Source: Ilumatobacteraceae bacterium
Lineage (GTDB): Bacteria; Actinomycetota; Acidimicrobiia; Acidimicrobiales; Ilumatobacteraceae
Length of the DNA: 31,135 bases
Assembly (NCBI GenBank): GCA_007122945.1
Contig: SKSP01000150.1
Coordinates: 1 to 31,135 of the forward strand
Direction: 5' to 3'
Positions 25,344-31,135 of the stretch are shown piece after piece (the stretch's first letter is position 1; each line of letters opens with the position of its first letter). A program made the translations under genes and the position numbers. The notes beneath the pieces are model-generated. The model had not been told where the DNA came from. It saw only the letters and a list, made by a program, of their open reading frames with translations, and ran no database searches.

Positions 25344-28292
25344 GTGGCCGATGCGCGCACGCTCCGTCGTCCGGTGGCCCTCGCAGTCGTCGTCGGTCTG
25401 CTGGCGGTCTCGGCCGCGCTCGCCGGGACGGCCCGCGCCGAGCCCCCCGCAGGTGTCGTCCCGTCGGTCGACCTCGGCGGACCGGATCCGGTCGCCGTCG
25501 ATCCGCTCGCCGTCGATCCGCTCGACATCGCGTTCGACGTGCAGGCCGTGTCGCCCGGCGCGGCGACGGGCGACCAGATCGACGACCAGTACGTCGTCGC
25601 GTTCGGGTCGGCAGCCGGACACGAGCGCGCGATGCGAGCGGTCGCGGGTCGCGGCGTCGACGTCGTCGAGGTGATCGGCGGGTCGGGCGAGCGGGCGGTC
25701 GTCCGCGCCGAGGTTGCCGTCGCCGACGCGCTGCGACGGCACCCCGACGTCGTCGCCGTCGAACCGAACCGGGTGCTGCACCTCCTCGGTGCGCCCGCCC
25801 CGGTGTCGGCGGTGCCGGGCACGTTCGCCGCCGCGACCGTCCAGGGCGACCCGCCGTGGGGGCTCGACCGGGTCGACCAGCGCGAGCTGCCGCTGTCGGG
25901 CACCTACACCGCACCGTCGTCGGGCGCCGACGTGATCGCCTACGTGATCGACGACGGCATCTGGCGTGAGCACGTCGACTTCGGCGAGCGCGTCCTGCCG
26001 GGCGCGGCCCTCGTCGGATTGGACGAACCGGACCAACCGTCGACCGACAGCCACCCGACCTGCAGCAAGCACGGCAGCCACATCGCCGGCACGATCGGCG
26101 GGACGTTCGCGGGGCTGGCCGAGCAGATCCAGCTCGTGCCCGTCCGGGTGTTCGACTGCGACGGCAGGTCGAGCACCGCTGCCGTGGTCGCCGCGATGGA
26201 CTGGGTCCGGACCGACGCCGGTCACCCGGCCGGCGTGCCTGGCATCGTGAACCTCAGCTTCGGTGGGCCGCCGTCGGAGGTGATCGATGCCGAGGTGCAG
26301 CAGCTCGCCGACGCCGGCTTCGTCGTGGTCGCCGCCGCCGGGAACTCGTCGGCCGACGCCTGCAACTACTCGCCGGCACGTTCGTCGGCCGCCGTGACCG
26401 TCGGGTCGACGACGATCACCGACGTGCGGTCGTGGTTCTCCAACATCGGGCCGTGCGTCGACCTGTTCGCGCCGGGTAGCTCGATCCTGTCGGTCGACGC
26501 GGACGGTACGTCGAGCGGGTTCACCACGATGAGCGGGACGTCGATGGCGACCCCGCACGTGGCGGGTGCGGCGGCGATGCTGCTCTCGCTCCAACACGAT
26601 CTCACGCCGGCCGAGGTGTCGCAGCGCCTCGTCGGCGACGCGACCACGAACGTGATCGCCGAAGCGGGCGCCGGTTCGCCGAACCGACTGCTCCACGTCG
26701 GCGCCCTCGACGGCTCCGACGTCGACGCCTGCTGTGACCCGCCGCCACCCGACGCACCCCCCGACCCGGGCCCGTCGGGGCCGGCCCCCGCGCCGTCGGG
26801 CGAGCCGTCGACCGGTCCGGTGCCACCGGCGAACGATGCGTTCGCCGACGCGGAGCCGCTCCCCGTCGAGACCGGGAGCGTGACCGGGACGAACGTTGCC
26901 GCGAGCGCCGAACCGGGCGAGCCCGACCACGCCGGGACGCCCGGCGGTGCCTCGGTGTGGTGGCGGTTCACCGCGCCGAGCGGCGGCACGATGACGCTGT
27001 CGACCGACGGCTCCGACTTCGACACGCTGCTCGCCGTCTACACCGGATCGTCGGTCGCGTCGCTCGACGAGGTGGCCGCCGCCGCCGACACACCCGGGAT
27101 CGCGCCGCAGAGCGAGATCACCTTCCCGGTGGTCGCAGGGGCCACGTACCGCGTCGCCGTCGACGGTCGGGCGGGCGAGACCGGCTCGATCGTCCTCGGC
27201 GCGACCTGGCACCCCGGGTTCGTGGGTCTCGGCCCGGAGCGGGCGTTCGACTCACGGGTGGCCGGCCGGCCGGGGGCGGGGGAGGTGACGGTGGTGCCGC
27301 TGACGGACCTGCCGTCGGACGCGACGGGTGTGGTGCTGAACGTGACGGCGGTGGAGGCCGCCGCGGCGGGGTTCGTGACCGTGTTCCCGTGCGTCGAGGG
27401 CGCACCGGACGGCGGGTCTCCGCCGGAGGCGTCGAACCTGAACGTCGTCGCCGGCCAGACCGTGCCGAACGCGGTGGTCTCCGAGATCGGTGTCGGGCCG
27501 GGTGGCGTCGATGCCGTGTGTGCGTTCACGTCGGTGGAGACCGACCTGCTGGTCGACGTGAGCGGTGCGCTGCGATCCGGTTTCACCGGGCTGCGACCCG
27601 AGCGCGTGCTCGACACCCGGGTGACCGGCCGGGCGGCGGCCGGCTCGGTGACGGTCGTGCCGGTCGCGGGTCGGGCGGGCGTTCCGTCGGTCTCGTCGGG
27701 TGTGGTGTTGAACGTGACGGCGGTGGAGGCCGCCGCGGCGGGGTTCGTGACCGTGTTCCCGTGCGTCGAGGGCGCACCGGACGGCGGGTCACCGCCGGAG
27801 GCGTCGAACCTGAACGTCGTCGAGGGGCAGACCGTGCCGAACGCGGTGGTGTCGGAGATCGGGGCCGCCGGCGAGGTGTGCGTGTTCACCTCCGTCGAGG
27901 CCGATCTGCTCGTCGACGTGACCGGGGCGTTCGGATCGGGGTTCGACGGGGTCGGACCGGAGCGGGTGTTCGATTCGCGCCCGTCCGGTCGGATCCCGGC
28001 CGGTGACGTCGTGATCGTGCCGGTGGCGGGCACGGCGGGCGTACCGTCGGACGCGGCGGCGGTGGTGTTGAACGTGACGGCGGTGGAGGCCGACGCGGCG
28101 GGGTTCGTGACCGTGTTCCCGTGCGTCGGCCCGCACGGCGGGGCGCCACCCGAGGCGTCGAACCTGAACGTCGTCGCCGGCCAGACCGTGCCCAACGCCG
28201 TCGTGACCGAGGTCGGCGACGCCGGCACCGTGTGCCTGTTCACCTCGGTGGAGACCGACCTGCTGGTCGACCTCGCCGCCGTGCTGCGCTGA
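25344..28292 (+). CDS. secreted S8 subtilase (aqualysin/proteinase K-like) with prodomain, Pro-rich linker, a beta-sandwich accessory domain and three C-terminal Cys-containing repeats
   Basis: Signal peptide (RTLRR, hydrophobic stretch, ARA). Triad regions VIDDGI, KHGSHIAG and SGTSMATPHVAG, oxyanion AAGNS and 'PWGLDRVDQR'. GTG 25344 lies 6 nt after TACGAT. Confidence 0.92.
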   Translation: MADARTLRRPVALAVVVGLLAVSAALAGTARAEPPAGVVPSVDLGGPDPVAVDPLAVDPLDIAFDVQAVSPGAATGDQIDDQYVVAFGSAAGHERAMRAVAGRGVDVVEVIGGSGERAVVRAEVAVADALRRHPDVVAVEPNRVLHLLGAPAPVSAVPGTFAAATVQGDPPWGLDRVDQRELPLSGTYTAPSSGADVIAYVIDDGIWREHVDFGERVLPGAALVGLDEPDQPSTDSHPTCSKHGSHIAGTIGGTFAGLAEQIQLVPVRVFDCDGRSSTAAVVAAMDWVRTDAGHPAGVPGIVNLSFGGPPSEVIDAEVQQLADAGFVVVAAAGNSSADACNYSPARSSAAVTVGSTTITDVRSWFSNIGPCVDLFAPGSSILSVDADGTSSGFTTMSGTSMATPHVAGAAAMLLSLQHDLTPAEVSQRLVGDATTNVIAEAGAGSPNRLLHVGALDGSDVDACCDPPPPDAPPDPGPSGPAPAPSGEPSTGPVPPANDAFADAEPLPVETGSVTGTNVAASAEPGEPDHAGTPGGASVWWRFTAPSGGTMTLSTDGSDFDTLLAVYTGSSVASLDEVAAAADTPGIAPQSEITFPVVAGATYRVAVDGRAGETGSIVLGATWHPGFVGLGPERAFDSRVAGRPGAGEVTVVPLTDLPSDATGVVLNVTAVEAAAAGFVTVFPCVEGAPDGGSPPEASNLNVVAGQTVPNAVVSEIGVGPGGVDAVCAFTSVETDLLVDVSGALRSGFTGLRPERVLDTRVTGRAAAGSVTVVPVAGRAGVPSVSSGVVLNVTAVEAAAAGFVTVFPCVEGAPDGGSPPEASNLNVVEGQTVPNAVVSEIGAAGEVCVFTSVEADLLVDVTGAFGSGFDGVGPERVFDSRPSGRIPAGDVVIVPVAGTAGVPSDAAAVVLNVTAVEADAAGFVTVFPCVGPHGGAPPEASNLNVVAGQTVPNAVVTEVGDAGTVCLFTSVETDLLVDLAAVLR
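27240..28289 (+). repeat. three intragenic ~360-372-bp repeats in the 3' part of the subtilase gene
   Basis: 'aacgtgacggcggtggaggcc' recurs at 27339, 27711 and 28071. 27339-27450 and 27711-27822 differ at one position out of 112. Confidence 0.92.
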
Positions 28293-28399
28293 GGCCGCCC
28301 CCACGGGCGGATCGCCCGGGCGCAGCCGGCAAGACGTTGTCCAGCTGTCATCGCCGTCCTTCACGCTGTCCGCCATGCGCGTCAGATGGCCGATGATGG

Positions 28400-28878
28400 C
28401 GGTCCTGGCGATCAAGGTGGGCAGCGGCGGCCGCGTCTGCCTGTTCAGCGACCAGACCACGCACCTGCTGGCCGACGTCGGCGGCGCGTTCCCGTCGTCC
28501 AGCGGGTTCACGTCGCTCGAACCGGCCCGGTTCCTCGACACGCGTCCCGGCGCCAGCACGTTCGACGGAGCGTTCGCCGGCGACGGCAAGCTCGCCGGCG
28601 GGAGCGAGATCGCGCTCGACGTCGGCGGGCGCGGCGAGGTCCCCGACGACGCGACCGCCGTCGTGCTCGACGTGACCGTCAACGACCCCGAGAACTTCGG
28701 CTTCGCGACGATCTACCCGTGCGGTGTCGACCGCCCGAACGCGTCGAACCTCAACTTCGTGCCCGGCCAGACCATCCCGAACGCCGTCATCGTCGGCGTC
28801 GGCAGTGGCGGCCGGGTGTGCCTGTTCAGCGACCAGACGACGAACCTGATCGCCGACGTCGGCGGCTACGTCGACTGA
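28400..28878 (+). pseudogene. orphan 3' fragment of another repeat-domain surface protein (tail of one repeat plus one full repeat)
   Basis: It begins in the middle of a repeat (KVGSGGRVCLFSDQTTHLLADVGG), then gives a full 'RFLDTR...VPDDATAVVLDVTV...FATIYPCG...SNLN...TIPNAV...VCLF...IADVGG' unit. It has no signal peptide, and the 5' boundary is approximate. Confidence 0.6.
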
Positions 28879-28916
28879 CTGACGTCGGCGGTGCGTCGAT
28901 CGGCGACACTGTGCCG

Positions 28917-30812
28917 ATGGGGACCACGCCGAAGGACGCCACCGACCACACGCGCCGAGCCAACGAGCCCGTCGAGCTCGGGTTCGACCCGGCCGACTTC
29001 GAGCGGGCCTCGAAGGGGCTCGTCGCCACCCACCCGACGGGGGCGATCGAGAGCGGCACGTCGGGTGGCCACGGCGTCGTGTGGGACATCAACCGCTACG
29101 ACTTCATCGAGCGCGACTCGCCGAACCCCGACACGGTGAACCCGAGCCTGTGGCGTCAGGCCCAGCTGAACAACATCCACGGGTTGTTCGAGGTCGCCCC
29201 CGGCATCTGGCAGGCCCGCGGGTACGACATCTCCAACATCACGTTCATCGCCGGTGACACGGGATGGATCGTGATCGACCCGCTCACCGTCGAGCCGTGC
29301 GCCCGGGCGTGCCTCGACCTCGCCAACGCCCAGCTCGGCGAGCGGCCGGTCGTCGCCGTGATCTACACGCACAGCCACACCGACCACTTCGGCGGCGTGC
29401 TCGGCGTGACCAGCCAGGCCGACGTCGACGCCGGCCGCTGCCGGGTGATCGCGCCCGAGCACTTCATGCGCGAGACGATGGGCGAGAACGTGATCGCCGG
29501 GTACTCGATGACCCGTCGGGCGATGTACCAGTTCGGGCCGCTCCTGCCGGCCGGGCCGCGCCAGCACGTCGACTGCGGTCTCGGCAAGGCGATCCCGTTC
29601 TGGCCGCCCGGGCTGATCGCCCCCACCGAGGACATCACCCACACCGGCCAGGAGCTCGACATCGACGGGGTCCGGGTCGTGTTCCAGATGACACCCGAGG
29701 CCGAGGCGCCGGCGGAGATGAACTTCTTCTTCCCCGACCACGGGTGGCTGTGCACGGCGGAGAACTGCACCCACAACATGCACAACCTGATCCCGATCCG
29801 CGGGGCGCTGGCCCGCGACTCGCTGAAGTGGTCGAAGTACATCGGCGAGCTGATCGAGCTGTGGGGCGATCAGGTGGAGCTGATGTTCGCCTCGCACCAC
29901 TGGCCCCGCTGGGGCAACGACGACGTCGTCGCCTACCTCCACCTGCAGCGCGACCTCTACAAGTGGGTGCACGACCAGACGATGCGTCACGCCAACCACG
30001 GCATGACCGCCGTCGAGATCGCCGAGGAGCTGTCGTTCCCACCCGAGCTGCGTTCCCAGTCCCACACGATCGGCTACTACGGGCACCTCGTCCACAACGT
30101 CAAGGCCGTCTACCAGCGCTACCTGAGCTGGTACGACGGCAACCCGGCGAACCTGTGGAAGCTCCCACCGGTCGAGGTCGGGAAGCGCTACGTCGAGGTC
30201 GCCGGCGGCGCCGACGACCTGCTCGCGTCCGCCCGCCGGGCCTTCGACGACGGCGACTACCGCTGGGTGGTCGAGCTGGTGAACCACCTCGTGTTCGCCG
30301 ACCCGACCAACACCGAGGCACGCGAGCTGCAGGCCGACGCCTTCGAGCAACTCGGCTACCAGAGCGAGTCGGCCACGTTCCGCAACGCCTACCTCACCGG
30401 CGCCCAGGAGCTCCGCAACGGGACGCTCCCGGCCCGGCCGGCACGCCGCAACGGCTACCTCGACGCGATGTCGCCCGACCAGCTCTTCGACGCCCTGGCG
30501 GTGCGGTTGAAGTCCGAGGAGGTCGGCGGTCTCGCCGCGACCGTGAACGTGGTGTTCGCCGATCTCGACCAGCGATGGGTGGTGCAGCTGTCCAACCGCA
30601 CCCTCCACGCCGTGCCCGGATCCCGCGACGCGCCCGACGTCACGGTCACGACCACCAAGCCGGCACTCGTCGCGATCACCTCCGACGAGCTGACGTTCGA
30701 CGACGCCGTCGCGGCCGGCACCACCACGATCGACGGCGACCGGGCCGCCCTCGACGCGATCTTGGCCCACCTCGACACCTTCATGACCCAGTTCCCCCTC
30801 GTCGAACCCTGA
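28917..30812 (+). CDS. alkyl/aryl sulfatase, SdsA1-like metallo-beta-lactamase fold
   Basis: 'NPSLWRQAQLN', 'RGYDISN', HxHxDH (THSHTDHFGG), 'SHHWP', dimerisation region 'YQRYLSWYDGNPANL' and a C-terminal SCP2-like domain. No signal peptide. Confidence 0.92.
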   Translation: MGTTPKDATDHTRRANEPVELGFDPADFERASKGLVATHPTGAIESGTSGGHGVVWDINRYDFIERDSPNPDTVNPSLWRQAQLNNIHGLFEVAPGIWQARGYDISNITFIAGDTGWIVIDPLTVEPCARACLDLANAQLGERPVVAVIYTHSHTDHFGGVLGVTSQADVDAGRCRVIAPEHFMRETMGENVIAGYSMTRRAMYQFGPLLPAGPRQHVDCGLGKAIPFWPPGLIAPTEDITHTGQELDIDGVRVVFQMTPEAEAPAEMNFFFPDHGWLCTAENCTHNMHNLIPIRGALARDSLKWSKYIGELIELWGDQVELMFASHHWPRWGNDDVVAYLHLQRDLYKWVHDQTMRHANHGMTAVEIAEELSFPPELRSQSHTIGYYGHLVHNVKAVYQRYLSWYDGNPANLWKLPPVEVGKRYVEVAGGADDLLASARRAFDDGDYRWVVELVNHLVFADPTNTEARELQADAFEQLGYQSESATFRNAYLTGAQELRNGTLPARPARRNGYLDAMSPDQLFDALAVRLKSEEVGGLAATVNVVFADLDQRWVVQLSNRTLHAVPGSRDAPDVTVTTTKPALVAITSDELTFDDAVAAGTTTIDGDRAALDAILAHLDTFMTQFPLVEP

Positions 30813-30820
30813 CCCCCGCT

Positions 30821-30872
30821 CGAACCGTCCGCGCCGATCGGCCGGATCCGGCCGATTCCGGCAGACGGTTCG
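30821..30872 (+). terminator. stem-loop after the sulfatase stop, containing the second copy of the REP-like 25-bp repeat
   Basis: CGAACCGTC (30821-30829) pairs with GACGGTTCG (30864-30872). The inner 20-nt sequence ATCGGCCGGATCCGGCCGAT (30837-30856) is a perfect palindrome. Confidence 0.65.
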
Positions 30873-30900
30873 GGGGGTGGGGTGGGTAGCGTCGCCGGCC

Positions 30901-31135
30901 GTGGGAGCTCGGCCGGTGATCGTCGCGTTCGGGGCGCTCACGGCGTGCCTCGCGGCCGGCTACGGGGTCCTGTTCACCGTGCTCGACGACTACCGCGAGG
31001 AGTACGGCATCGCGGAGGGGTCGCTCGGCGCGATCATCGGGATCGGGTTCGTCTCGGCGTTCGTCGCCCAGATCCTGCTCGCCCCGCTCGCCGACCGCGG
31101 CCACGCCCGCCGGATCGTGCTGCTCGGCGTGTTCG
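30901..31135 (+). CDS. MFS transporter, 3'-truncated by the window edge (absent from the ORF track)
   Basis: Open frame from GTG 30901: VGARPVIVAFGALTACLAAGYGVLFTVLDDYREEYGIAEGSLGAIIGIGFVSAFVAQILLAPLADRGHARRIVLLGVF. This gives two TM helices and a motif-A-like 'PLADRGHARR'. Confidence 0.8.
   Translation, partial: MGARPVIVAFGALTACLAAGYGVLFTVLDDYREEYGIAEGSLGAIIGIGFVSAFVAQILLAPLADRGHARRIVLLGVF

Noticed and set aside
27240-28289. Regularly spaced near-identical repeats as a possible CRISPR array
   Set aside because: The period is 360-372 nt, the repeats are in-frame protein domains, there are no unique spacers of CRISPR size and no cas genes are present.
28386-30812. Apparent 808-aa sulfatase fusion; likewise the extended ORFs 32-1468, 2883-5156, 15289-16677 and 18926-20938
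   Set aside because: The N-terminal extensions overlap other genes or fragments in different frames and are low-complexity. Internal starts have RBS, overlap or -10 support.
1-31135. tRNA, rRNA, IS/transposase, integrase, phage or defence genes
   Set aside because: No recognisable cloverleaf, rRNA signature, DDE/tyrosine recombinase motif, terminal inverted repeat with target duplication, or defence-domain motif was seen.

Overview
A very GC-rich actinobacterial chromosomal segment. Gene content and the C-terminal repeat domain of the subtilase suggest Acidimicrobiia (inference). It holds about 29 densely packed CDSs. I saw no rRNA, tRNA, CRISPR, transposase or integrase. The flanks carry lipid/steroid-type genes: an LLM oxidoreductase, two alpha/beta hydrolases, CYP142-like and CYP108-like P450s, a WS/DGAT-like protein lacking its catalytic motif, a nitronate monooxygenase-family enzyme, an acyl-CoA carboxyltransferase, two thioesterases and an alkyl sulfatase. 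They also carry CutA, a methyltransferase-like protein, a secreted multidomain subtilase, an orphan fragment of a related repeat protein and the start of an MFS gene. The centre (about 6.5-18.3 kb) is the most interesting part. It encodes a NitT/TauT ABC transporter with an NMT1/THI5-like lipoprotein, a Rieske demethylase-like oxygenase, a probable F420-dependent LLM enzyme, an MtaD-like deaminase, a three-subunit xanthine dehydrogenase-family enzyme, a MarR regulator and a nucleoside hydrolase. A shared ~34-bp tandem palindromic motif lies in all three upstream promoter regions of this block, overlapping -35/-10 elements in two of them. This points to a MarR-controlled regulon, probably for import and catabolism of methylated or otherwise modified nucleosides/nucleobases; the substrate is inferred, not shown. 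All family assignments come from motifs recognised by eye, without database searches. Several starts were moved from the ORF track using RBS, stop/start overlap or -10 evidence.
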